Source: an uncultured Pirellulales bacterium (GTDB taxonomy: Bacteria; Planctomycetota; Phycisphaerae; Sedimentisphaerales; Anaerobacaceae). From it: 64,000 nt of DNA. The stretch is taken from NCBI GenBank assembly GCA_964406945.1, contig CAYOTO010000001.1:101502-165501 (forward strand), written 5' to 3'. Below, in pieces: positions 10,784 through 20,088 of this stretch (within the stretch, counting starts at the first letter, position 1; each line of letters starts with the position of its first letter). A program made the position numbers and the translations under genes. A model generated the notes under the pieces. That model was not told the origin of the DNA, searched no databases, and saw only the letters and a list, made by a program, of their open reading frames with translations.

Positions 10784-12886
10784 CTACGCTATTTCCACAC
10801 TTATCCGCGCATCGACCGCAATCGGAGTAACTCCCGCCGGGCCCACGACGTACGGATTAATATCCATCTCCTGAATCTGTGGAAATTCCGTCACCAACTG
10901 GCTGAGCCTCTGCAAGCCCTCGGCTATTTCATCAATGTCCACGCCTTCCTGCCCCCGCGCGCCCTGCAGCAATTTATAAGTCCGTGTGCTGACCAGCATC
11001 TGCTTTGCCTCTTCGGCTGTAAGTGGAGCCAGATAAAACGAAACATCCTTCAGCACCTCCACCATGATCCCGCCCATACCGAACATCATCAGAGGCCCGA
11101 AGTGCGGATCCCGATGCATCCCGAGAATAACTTCGCGTCCGCTAGCCACCATCTCCTGAACCAGAACACCCATGATCTGGGCCTCCGGCATCTTTTTCGG
11201 CACCCGGTACATCATAAGATCGAACGCGTCCTTGACCTCTTGCTCGCTGTTGAGTCCGACCTTCACCCCGCCGACATCCGACTTATGCAGGATGTCCGGC
11301 GACCATATCTTCAACACGACCGGATACCCGAGCTGATTCGCAATACTCGCCGCCTGACCTGCCGTAGTCGCAATCGACCCCTTCGGCGTCACAAAACCGT
11401 ACGCTTCCAGAATCTCCTTCGACTCGGTCTCACCGATCTCCCGCAGCCCCTGCCTCAGATGCCTGTCCACGATATTCTCGACCTTGCGGCGATTCACCGG
11501 GAACATTTTCACAACCCGCTTCGGCCGGGCCTTCCATCGAACATAATCGCTCATCACCTTGGCAGTCGCCACCGCACTCTCAGGACTGTCATACTGCGGA
11601 ATTCCTCCGGCCTGCAGAAGCTTCACGCCGCCGATGACCTTCTCAGCCCCCAGAAAACACGCCAGCACCGGCTTCTTCGCCTTGCTCCTGCAAACTCTAA
11701 CCAGTGCCTCGGCCGTCTTCTCCGACTCCGTCATCGCCTGAGGCGTCAGCAGCACCAAAATCGAGTCTACGTTCGGGTCGTCCAGCACCAGATCTATAGC
11801 AAACTCGTACCGGTCCGCCAGCGCATCACCCAGAATGTCCACCGGATTATTGATGTTGGCCGCCGCCGGCAGTCCGCCGGCAAGCTTCTCTTTCGTCTCT
11901 TCGGTCAGTTCGGCAAACGTCAGCCCCTCCTGCTCGACCGCATCGGCCGCCATAATCCCCGGTCCGCCCGCATTCGTGATTACCGCAACGCTCGGTCCCT
12001 CCGGCAGCGGCTGAGTCGAAAATGCCTGGGCATAATCGAACTGGGCTTCGATCGACTTACAACGTATTATACCCGACCGCTCGAATGCCGATTCGTAAGC
12101 CACTTCCGCACCCGCCAGAGAACCCGTATGCGAAGAAGCCGCCGCTGCACCCGCCGCCGTACCGCCGCTCTTCATAAGCAGTATCGGCTTGTGGTGCGAA
12201 ATCTTCTCCGCCTGGCGCACGAACTTGTTGCCGTCGGTAATACTCTCCAGATAGCCCGCGATAACCTTAGTCTCCACATCCTGGCCCAGGGCCTCGATTA
12301 TATCCAGTTCGTTCACATCCATCTTATTGCCGATGCTCGCCAGCTTACTGAATCCGATCCCGTTGGCGTTGGCCATATCCAGAATTGCCGCCAGCAGGGC
12401 CCCCGATTGCGACAAGTAGCCGATTCCGCCCGCCTTGGGCAGATCGCCGCCGAAACTCGCGTTAACCTTGCTCGTCGGGGCGATAACACCCAGACAGTTC
12501 GGCCCGATCACACGCACCCCTCCCTGCCTGCATATGCGTCTTATCTCTTCCTCCAGCTTGCGCCCTTCCTCACCGATTTCCTTGAACCCTGCCGTGATAA
12601 TAATCGCACTGCCGACTCCCGCCTCCACGCACTCACGCATAACGCCCGGCACAAACCGCGCCGGAACAATCACCAGCACCAGTTCCGGCGTCTCACCGGT
12701 GGACGCAATGTCCGGGTAACACTTGAGACCCTCGATCTCATCGGCCTTCGGATTGATTGGAAAAATCTTGCCTTCGTATCCGGCCTCGAGCATGTTGGCC
12801 AGAATCTCATATCCGACCTTGCCTTTTGTACGGCTGGCGCCGACTATCGCCACGGATTTAGGCTTGAAGAAGCTGTCCAGTCCCAT
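10784..12886 (-). CDS. ADP-forming acetyl-CoA synthetase / acetate--CoA ligase (fused alpha-beta)
   Basis: FFKPKSVAIVGASRTKGKVGYEILANM (CoA-binding), succinyl-CoA-synthetase-like flavodoxin domains, C-terminal ATP-grasp (GYPVVLKIWSPDILHKSDVGGV). Confidence 0.85.
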   Translation of the reverse strand: MGLDSFFKPKSVAIVGASRTKGKVGYEILANMLEAGYEGKIFPINPKADEIEGLKCYPDIASTGETPELVLVIVPARFVPGVMRECVEAGVGSAIIITAGFKEIGEEGRKLEEEIRRICRQGGVRVIGPNCLGVIAPTSKVNASFGGDLPKAGGIGYLSQSGALLAAILDMANANGIGFSKLASIGNKMDVNELDIIEALGQDVETKVIAGYLESITDGNKFVRQAEKISHHKPILLMKSGGTAAGAAAASSHTGSLAGAEVAYESAFERSGIIRCKSIEAQFDYAQAFSTQPLPEGPSVAVITNAGGPGIMAADAVEQEGLTFAELTEETKEKLAGGLPAAANINNPVDILGDALADRYEFAIDLVLDDPNVDSILVLLTPQAMTESEKTAEALVRVCRSKAKKPVLACFLGAEKVIGGVKLLQAGGIPQYDSPESAVATAKVMSDYVRWKARPKRVVKMFPVNRRKVENIVDRHLRQGLREIGETESKEILEAYGFVTPKGSIATTAGQAASIANQLGYPVVLKIWSPDILHKSDVGGVKVGLNSEQEVKDAFDLMMYRVPKKMPEAQIMGVLVQEMVASGREVILGMHRDPHFGPLMMFGMGGIMVEVLKDVSFYLAPLTAEEAKQMLVSTRTYKLLQGARGQEGVDIDEIAEGLQRLSQLVTEFPQIQEMDINPYVVGPAGVTPIAVDARISVEIA

Positions 12887-12935
12887 TTCGAAAATTGTCC
12901 TTTCTGAACCAATCAGGGGCTCTTAAAGGCAGGTT

Positions 12936-12964
12936 ATACTACCCCCGTACACCCCCGATTGCAA
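12936..12964 (-). promoter_or_regulatory. candidate promoter of the ADP-ACS/GNAT operon
   Basis: On the minus strand: TTGCAA, 17-nt spacer, TAGTAT, about 45 nt upstream of the ATG at 12886. Confidence 0.35.
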
Positions 12965-13234
12965 CGCTTTTCGCCCCTATTTCCCGCATTATCCAAAAAC
13001 TTAGCCTCTCTAAGACTCCCGACACACCAGAACATCGGCCACAAGACAAAACGGCGTTACTAAACCCAACAATTCACGCCCGGCCCGTTTCAATCCCTCG
13101 TTTTCCCGTAAATGGTTCTTCTGCGAGCCGTCCGCCCGACGTGTTTGCCTTTGCGGTGCATAGGCGATTACTTCGGCCCCGCAAAGTCTACTAAATCCAT
13201 CGCTATTCCGGGTTTTGCGAAATTGCTCTCTCGG

Positions 13235-13262
13235 TTGCGATTTACGTTGGGAATGTTAATAT
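13235..13262 (+). promoter_or_regulatory. candidate promoter of the LigD-PE-like gene
   Basis: TTGCGA, 16-nt spacer, TAATAT, about 40 nt upstream of ATG 13301. Confidence 0.35.
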
Positions 13263-13300
13263 GAGCTTTCGAATTTCCTGGAACCGACGGCCCGAACCCG

Positions 13301-13687
13301 ATGAATCAGATCGAAACCGATAAACTGCAGTTCGTAATCCAGCGGCACTCACGCCCCGGCGACCTTCACTGGGACCTCATGCTGCAAAAGTCCCCGCAGC
13401 CCGATGGCGATTTGGAAACCTATCACCTGAGCCGTCCGCCGCAGGAATTGGCCGCTGGCCCCACTACCACCGTAAGAATTGCCGACCATCCCCCGAGATT
13501 CCTCACTTACGAAGGCCCCGTTAACAACGGCATTGGCTCGGTCGAAATTGCCGACCGCGGCCTGTTCCACGCCCAAATCAGCCGGACCGACACCAGAATA
13601 ATCTATTTCGAAGGGCGAATCCTCAGTGGAAAATACGCTTTGGCCCGAATAGACAGCAAAACCCACCGCCTCGAAAACATCTCATAG
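13301..13687 (+). CDS. stand-alone LigD 3'-phosphoesterase-like domain protein
   Basis: FVIQRHSRPGDLHWDLMLQ...YEGPV...GKYAL resembles the N-terminal phosphoesterase module of DNA ligase D (FVIQKH..LHYDFRLE pattern). Confidence 0.6.
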   Translation: MNQIETDKLQFVIQRHSRPGDLHWDLMLQKSPQPDGDLETYHLSRPPQELAAGPTTTVRIADHPPRFLTYEGPVNNGIGSVEIADRGLFHAQISRTDTRIIYFEGRILSGKYALARIDSKTHRLENIS

Positions 13688-13706
13688 CGACAGATTGCCA
13701 TCGTGT

Positions 13707-14141
13707 TCAGGAATGAATTGCGCTCAGGAACTCGATAAGGTGCGGCCCGAGAATCAATAGCCCTATAAGCGCCGACCCCGCCGCCGATATCAAAACCGCC
13801 CCCGCCGCCACATCCTTGGCCTTCTTGACCAGAGGATGAAACTCCGGACTCGCCACATCAGCAAGAAATTCCAGCGCCGTATTAAGCGCCTCGGCCGTCC
13901 ACACCGCCATAATCGCAATTACCATCCAGCACCATTCGCTGGCGCTGATCCCGAAAATAAGCCCCGCGGCAAAAACCGCAACTGATATCGCCGCATGAAT
14001 CCACGCATTATGCTGAGATCGCAGCATAAGCGCGATTCCATGCATTGCATGCTTCACACTCTGTACGCGATTGGACAACGAAAAACGCATTTCCGGCAGG
14101 TCTACTACTGGCATTTCCTCGGCATGCTCGTGTTTACTCAC
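13707..14141 (-). CDS. dgkA: diacylglycerol kinase family protein
   Basis: Small 3-TM protein with EALNTALEFLADV and AKDVAAGAVLI motifs typical of DgkA/undecaprenol kinase. Confidence 0.8.
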   Translation of the reverse strand: MSKHEHAEEMPVVDLPEMRFSLSNRVQSVKHAMHGIALMLRSQHNAWIHAAISVAVFAAGLIFGISASEWCWMVIAIMAVWTAEALNTALEFLADVASPEFHPLVKKAKDVAAGAVLISAAGSALIGLLILGPHLIEFLSAIHS

Positions 14142-14635
14142 CTGATCACCTTCCCAGCTTTTCGATCACCGCTCCAAAAACGCCGGCGGTCGCCGCATAA
14201 TCCGGCACAGAAGACCCTCCGGCGTGCTGAAAGTAGTATCGGAATATTCACAGGTCCGGTTAAGCCGAGTCCGCCCGGATCGTTTCGCCTCCCGCAAAGG
14301 CCCGAAACAGCCTTTTTGCAGCTGGGAGGCCCGAAACAGCCACAATACGCCATTCTAACCCGATATGTTTTAAAACTCAAAGGCTTTTCTCTGTCTTGCC
14401 GGAATTGCCCGAAACGCCCAATAATCCTGCTTGCAAATACCCCCATTTGTCAAAACTGCCCCCCTTGTCAGATGAAAAACATTTTACAGCCTCAGCCAAC
14501 ACCCCCGATTCTAACCGCCCCAATCGACATTTCCAGCAAAATCCCACCGGCGCAGGTATTTTTTCCGTCCGTTTCAAGACGCACCATAAAGCGCGGGCCT
14601 TGGCGCCCTGGCGGCAAACCAATCACCAATTCAAT

Positions 14636-15592
14636 TCATTCGTCTCGCCTGAACTCCGGAATATCCGGCTCGATATGCACTGTAATATTTACCGGCCGCG
14701 CCATCTTCTCTTCTATCGCCGCTTCCAGCCGCTCGGAGATATCATGTGCGGCCCGAACGTCCAGATCCGGATTGACCATTATATGCAAATCCAGAAAGAC
14801 CTCTCTGCCGACCGACCGCGTCCGCAGCCGGTGCCATTGTCTCACGGCCGCATCCGCATTGACAACCGCCTTGATCTCCTCCACGGTATCCGGATCAACG
14901 GATGCCTCGGTCAGTTCCTGAAAGCTGTCCAGCAGCACCCGCACGGCCACCAGTACGATCATCACTCCGACAATGATCGCCGCTACCTGGTCTCCGTGAT
15001 GATACCCCATCTGAGCCGCCACAACCCCGATTATAACCGCAATCGAACTCAGAGCGTCGCTGCGATGGTGCCAGGCATTCGCCGCAAGCGCCGTACTGTG
15101 CGTTCGCACCGCCACCTTTTGCGTCGCCCGATAGAGTACCTCTTTTACCACCACCGAAATTGCCGCCACAATAATCGCCCATACCCCCGGTTTGGCCACG
15201 TGCTCTTTTGCGATATCTATCGCCGCGTAGTAGACCATCCCGCCTCCGACGGTCAGCAGAATTACGCCGATAAGCACGGCCGACAGAGTCTCGATCCGCC
15301 CGTGCCCGTAAGGATGGCTCGTATCAGGCTCCCGCGAGCCGAAATGACTGCCCAGCAGCACCGCCACGTCCGTTGATAAGTCGCTGACCGAGTGCAGACC
15401 ATCGGCCACAAGTGAAAGCGAACCGGAAAGCACGCCCACGATCACTTTCACTATAAAGAAAGCGACGTTAACTGCGAGTGCCGCGTTCGTAATCACGCGA
15501 ATCTGCCGATTCGCCGATTCCCTGCCGGCATGCCCTACATGCGCCATCCAAAAACCCCGACAAAACTGTGAACCACCCTCTCGCAACCCCAT
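14636..15592 (-). CDS. cation diffusion facilitator (CDF) family transporter
   Basis: SLVADGLHSVSDLSTD, HPYGHGRIE, WHHRSDALSS motifs and a C-terminal cytoplasmic domain. Start may be the internal ATG at 15547. Confidence 0.85.
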   Translation of the reverse strand: MGLREGGSQFCRGFWMAHVGHAGRESANRQIRVITNAALAVNVAFFIVKVIVGVLSGSLSLVADGLHSVSDLSTDVAVLLGSHFGSREPDTSHPYGHGRIETLSAVLIGVILLTVGGGMVYYAAIDIAKEHVAKPGVWAIIVAAISVVVKEVLYRATQKVAVRTHSTALAANAWHHRSDALSSIAVIIGVVAAQMGYHHGDQVAAIIVGVMIVLVAVRVLLDSFQELTEASVDPDTVEEIKAVVNADAAVRQWHRLRTRSVGREVFLDLHIMVNPDLDVRAAHDISERLEAAIEEKMARPVNITVHIEPDIPEFRRDE

Positions 15593-15807
15593 CGAACATA
15601 TCGGACAACCTCCCCCCGCACAACAAGAAAAACATCCGAAAACGCCATGCCCGGCAGCTCGAGCAGCAGGTATTACACAAGAATTCAGCCCAGATGGTAA
15701 CTCAAACTATGCGACCATCCCATCTACATTTAACCCCGCCGTACACGGCGGGGTCACCCCCGAAAACGCAGCCTTCTCAACCCAAACCCCACACGCGAAC
15801 TTGACCC

Positions 15808-15957
15808 GGAAATTAAAGGTGTCCGGTATGTTTTGCGTGTTGAGCACATGGTTAACGTATCCGCCTAACGTTATTCTTTTGGGCCTTGGCATGGAAGAAA
15901 TTATACATGAATGCTCGGCGACGTCAAGAACAAATGTACCGGATACCTTTAATTTCC
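15808..15957. mobile_element. REPIN/MITE-like element: 27-bp inverted repeats enclosing a transposase remnant
   Basis: GGAAATTAAAGGTGTCCGGTATGTTTT (15808-15834) and its near-perfect reverse complement CAAATGTACCGGATACCTTTAATTTCC (15931-15957). Confidence 0.6.
15833..15892 (-). pseudogene. N-terminal remnant (about 20 codons) of an IS200-like/REP-associated tyrosine transposase (RAYT)
   Basis: MPRPKRITLGGYVNHVLNTQ matches the conserved M-[PA]-R-x-x-R-I-x-x-x-G-x-x-Y-H-V-x-N-R-G start of Y1 transposases. The frame then runs into the repeat (NIPDTFNF) and loses similarity. Confidence 0.5.
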
Positions 15958-16215
15958 CGCCGTCAACATAATCGTATTTACACTTCTCGCATTTCCCTAC
16001 AAAGGCAACTTCGTCGTCAAACTGCTGGCAAAACTAAGGCGCCCCTCACCTGTAAGTCAATACCAGGAGTAGATGGCCAGCCACAGAGAGCCGCCGCAGG
16101 TTTCATATTATTGCGAGCTTCGCACTGCGTGGGGTTGTCCGCACCCGCACCTACAAACGAACAATCCCTCATCATCAGCGATTCCACCAGCGAAATACGA
16201 TCGACGAAATACGAA

Positions 16216-18195
16216 CTAAGGCCTGCCGTGGGGGAAGTACTCGTCGATAATATCCTGCACCACCTGCCGAATCTCCGCGGCCGTCTGCTCGTTGTACTGC
16301 TCCCAGCGCCTCGCATGCTGACGCTCGGTCATGAACCCTTCGTCACTGGGCTGCTTGCCCCACCATTTAAGGGCAAACCCGCGAAACGCCTGCCTGTTCG
16401 CCGGCACGAGCGATTTGTAGTGCACCAGCGCATCATAGACCTTCGCCGAACGCGGCAGCCTCTCCACCGCCACCGCCGCCTTCAATGCATCCGCATCTTT
16501 CGGTGGAATACCCCAGAACCGCAACAGCGGCGTCAAATCCGCACCCGCCTTCTGCGACAGCCGAAAGCTCAGCTTGTCGCCGGGCGTCCCATGCTTCGAC
16601 CACGCCCGGCCCGCCTCCAGGTCCTCGCTCCACGAACGCCAGAATTCGCCGAGGACATCCCATCCGAACAGCCTCGCAATATCCACGAACTTCGCGTGCC
16701 CCTTGAGCTGATAGGCCTTCTCGCCCGCTTCCATCGGCTTTTTCTCGACAAAATTGTCGCTGGTCATCCATGTAACCGCCGTATTATCCAGCGTCCGGTG
16801 CTCGTTCTTCTGCATGTTCCGCGACGCCGCAAACGCCTCATCCAGGCCGTACCCGAACTTCCGGTTCCAAACCGCCACATGCAGCAGATTCACCGTCGAC
16901 TCCGCCTCGCCGCCGAACTTCACAAACAAATACTGATGCCCCTGCTCGTGAAACACATAATCCGGCGCAAACTGCGGCCCGCGAACCAGGTAATGGTCCG
17001 CGTAGCCGTCATACTCCCTCTTCGGATCGTATCGGTCGTTCACCGTCGGATAACCCGGAGCAAAGACACGGGAGCGATTCTGAAGATCCACCTGCAGGTA
17101 CATCGTTTCCTTGCCCCACACCCGCGGCAGCCCCATCAGATCATTCATCGCATCCATCGCCGCATCCCAGTTCTCCATCAGAGTCGCCGGGTCGTCCAGA
17201 TTGTAAATCCAGCTTGTCGGCACCTGCATCATGAACTTGTCCGTCTTGAAGTCCGCCCACGGTGCTTTACGCTTGCGTTCGACATCTCTCCACTCACTCA
17301 GCGATGTTCTGTGGTAATCCGTCGCACAGAAAAACGGAGACCGCACCGCATTGCGTATCGAGACATCGACAACGCCGGCCTCGGCGTATAAGGGCACCTC
17401 GACATAAATACCCCCTCCAAGCGGACTCGCAATCTTGACCTGCCTGCTTTCGATAGGATAGGTCAGCGATGAACGATCCAGTCGCAGAACTCTCGGCTTC
17501 CTTGTGTTATCCCAGCAGTGCGCCCCCACGCGGACCTCATAGCCCTTGTCGACTATCGACTGCGGAACCGTGACGGTCGCAATCGTGCCCGGCGCCAGGT
17601 ACGCCCCCGTGGGCCGCCGCGCGGGCCTGTCCTGATGCATGATCTGATGCTTGAAGGGCTTGGGACAACCGGCGTCCACCTTCACGGTGTACACCGCACC
17701 CGAATCCGCCGACGGCTCCACCTTGCCCGGAAAATGCGCCGAGCACCCGAACTTGTACCCATCCAGAAGATCACCGTAGCGGACGACGTTCTCGGCCGTA
17801 TATACGTGGTCCATGATGTACTGCATTACCCAGTAAACGGTCCAGTGAATGTCATTGGCCGCAGGCCCGCTTCTGCGGTTAAAGCCCCCGCGGGCCACCC
17901 ACAGCGGACCCTCCACGCGGTCGTATGCAGCCACGCAATCCAGAGCGGCCTTAATGACCTCGCCGCTGGTCCCCATGCTCTGAGCATACTCGTCAATCCC
18001 TTTCTTATGTGCGTCAATCTCGTCTGCACTCAGGCTCTGCTCGCCTTCGATATGTCCTTTGAGAGCAGTCAATGACGCAATCAGCGCTCGCGCCCCTGCC
18101 GCATTGCCGGCCTTTTCGTTCCCGGCCGGGCAGACCTGAACCAAAGCCGCCAGAATAATAACAACAACAGCGAAGAATCTCCTGGTGCTCATCAT
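16216..18195 (-). CDS. secreted M60-like (enhancin-type) zinc metallopeptidase
   Basis: Signal peptide MMSTRRFFAVVVIILAALVQVCPAG. M60 N-domain-like stretch PTGAYLAPGTIATVTVP...VRVGAHCWDN...IASPLGGGIYVEVP. HEXXH site VFHEQGHQY followed by a downstream Glu. Confidence 0.65.
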   Translation of the reverse strand: MMSTRRFFAVVVIILAALVQVCPAGNEKAGNAAGARALIASLTALKGHIEGEQSLSADEIDAHKKGIDEYAQSMGTSGEVIKAALDCVAAYDRVEGPLWVARGGFNRRSGPAANDIHWTVYWVMQYIMDHVYTAENVVRYGDLLDGYKFGCSAHFPGKVEPSADSGAVYTVKVDAGCPKPFKHQIMHQDRPARRPTGAYLAPGTIATVTVPQSIVDKGYEVRVGAHCWDNTRKPRVLRLDRSSLTYPIESRQVKIASPLGGGIYVEVPLYAEAGVVDVSIRNAVRSPFFCATDYHRTSLSEWRDVERKRKAPWADFKTDKFMMQVPTSWIYNLDDPATLMENWDAAMDAMNDLMGLPRVWGKETMYLQVDLQNRSRVFAPGYPTVNDRYDPKREYDGYADHYLVRGPQFAPDYVFHEQGHQYLFVKFGGEAESTVNLLHVAVWNRKFGYGLDEAFAASRNMQKNEHRTLDNTAVTWMTSDNFVEKKPMEAGEKAYQLKGHAKFVDIARLFGWDVLGEFWRSWSEDLEAGRAWSKHGTPGDKLSFRLSQKAGADLTPLLRFWGIPPKDADALKAAVAVERLPRSAKVYDALVHYKSLVPANRQAFRGFALKWWGKQPSDEGFMTERQHARRWEQYNEQTAAEIRQVVQDIIDEYFPHGRP

Positions 18196-18322
18196 CGCGC
18201 AGTCTCCAAAAATTGTTCCGAGCTAAATTGCTTTCTTGTTTTCCCCGCGAAGCTCCACCCTGTACTTTTTTGTAAGTCCGTCCAGCATCATCGTCACCAG
18301 CGTACAGCTCATGGGAATTTGG

Positions 18323-18348
18323 GGAATTAAAGGTGTCCGGTACATTTT
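18323..18348 (+). repeat. solo copy of the GGAAWTTAAAGGTGTCCGGTA repeat
   Basis: GGAATTAAAGGTGTCCGGTACATTTT is nearly identical to the arms at 15808 and 15957. Confidence 0.7.
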
Positions 18349-18575
18349 CCGGCCGTGTCTGGCTTGGAGTGTAATAACAAGGCCCGGCCTGTGGCCCATT
18401 TCTTGCAACCCCGTCGCGACCCCATTCGACCGCCGCACAACCGTTCGAATCAATCATCTTCACGCCCGAAGCTCCGCAAATCAATACCACCTTGACACCA
18501 CCGCTATTCTGCGCCATTGCCGAAGCCCCTGTCAACCAAATTCTTCAATCCCTCCCAATCGACAATCGCAAATCG

Positions 18576-19937
18576 TCAATCAATAATCCCCTTGATCGCC
18601 TCCATATACCCGGCAACCGCCTGCTCGCTGTCGGCCTCGACAATCGCCCGCATCACCGGCTCGGTATTGCTCGTCCGCAGGTGCACCCATCCATCGTCAA
18701 AATCGAACCGGCACCCGTCCGTAGTATCCAGCCTAGCATCCTTGAACGCTTCCCTGGCCTTCTCGAGAATCAGCTCGGCCTGCTCCGGCTCGGCCCGGAA
18801 CTTGTCCTTCACCATCACATACCCGCCGATCTCATCCGCCAGCTCGCTCACCGGCTTGCCCGTCTCGGCCATCAGAGCCAGCACAAGCGCGATCCCCACC
18901 AGACTGTCCCGTATCGGCCCGACCCGCAAATCGATAATCCCGCCGTTCCCCTCGCCTCCGATTATGCACTCGTTCTCGATCATCGCTTCGGCCACGTTCG
19001 CCTCCCCCACGGCCGTACGGATCACCTCACCGCCCGCCGCACCGGCAATATCGTCGATCATTCTCGAAGTCGAAAGATTCGCCGCCGCCTTGCCCGTCCG
19101 CTTACTGAAAACATACTTCGCCGCCAGCGCCAGCGTATATTCCTCCCCGATATACCGCCCGTTCTCATCCACAATCGCCAGCCGATCCGCATCCGGATCC
19201 TGCGCAAAACCTACATCCAACCCCGCACCCTTAACCGCCTCACACAGCCCGCCGAGATTCGCCGCCGTCGGCTCCGGCGTATGTGCAAACAACCCCGTAG
19301 GCTCGTCGTTAATCGCCGTCACCTCACATCCGAACTTGCCCAGCAGCTCTTTTGTCACCGGCCCGCCCGCTCCGTTCACACTGTCCAGCACAACCTTGAA
19401 CTTCCTGCCCGCAATCGCTCCCGCATCCACAATCCCCAGCACCTTCTCGATATGCGTCCGGTTCGCCCGCTCGTCGCAGCACACCCGCCCGCACCCAACC
19501 GAATCCACCAGCGAAAACGCCTTCTTCTCATAACAATCGATAATCTCCCGCGCATCGGCCTTCGGCGGAGCAATCCCGTTACCCAGCAGCAGCTTGATCC
19601 CGTTATAAGCAATCGGATTATGCGACGCGGTAATCACCACACCGCCCGCACAACCCAGCTCCCGCAACATAATCCCCACACTCGGCGTGGTCGCAATCCC
19701 AATGTCCACAACATCCACCCCCGCCACGCACAATCCAGCCGTCACCGCCGAAACCAGCATCTGCCCGCTCGGCCGCGAATCCCGCCCGATACAAACCGTC
19801 AACTTCTCATCGCCCCCGCATCGCCCCTTCAAAAACGTCCCGAAACTGCTCGCATAATCGGCCGCAATAGCCGGCGTCAGATTCTCCCCGATTATCCCCC
19901 GCATCCCGCTTATACCAAGAATCAACCGTTCAGCCAT
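18576..19937 (-). CDS. phosphohexomutase (phosphoglucosamine/phosphomannomutase family)
   Basis: ISGMRG, active-site TASHNPIAYNGIKL, metal loop AQDPDADR. GGAGG lies 8 nt upstream of ATG 19937. Confidence 0.85.
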   Translation of the reverse strand: MAERLILGISGMRGIIGENLTPAIAADYASSFGTFLKGRCGGDEKLTVCIGRDSRPSGQMLVSAVTAGLCVAGVDVVDIGIATTPSVGIMLRELGCAGGVVITASHNPIAYNGIKLLLGNGIAPPKADAREIIDCYEKKAFSLVDSVGCGRVCCDERANRTHIEKVLGIVDAGAIAGRKFKVVLDSVNGAGGPVTKELLGKFGCEVTAINDEPTGLFAHTPEPTAANLGGLCEAVKGAGLDVGFAQDPDADRLAIVDENGRYIGEEYTLALAAKYVFSKRTGKAAANLSTSRMIDDIAGAAGGEVIRTAVGEANVAEAMIENECIIGGEGNGGIIDLRVGPIRDSLVGIALVLALMAETGKPVSELADEIGGYVMVKDKFRAEPEQAELILEKAREAFKDARLDTTDGCRFDFDDGWVHLRTSNTEPVMRAIVEADSEQAVAGYMEAIKGIID

Positions 19938-20088
19938 GCCAAAAACCTCCATACAAAATCCGCCCCCATCGCAACCGACAGGGGCGGACCATAAAAGTCA
20001 CTTTATCATTCAAGCAGCCGGCTGCAATTCAGGCGCCGAAGCTACAAGGCCTCAGAAAGGCCCAAAAAACGCAACTGCGAACTACGAG

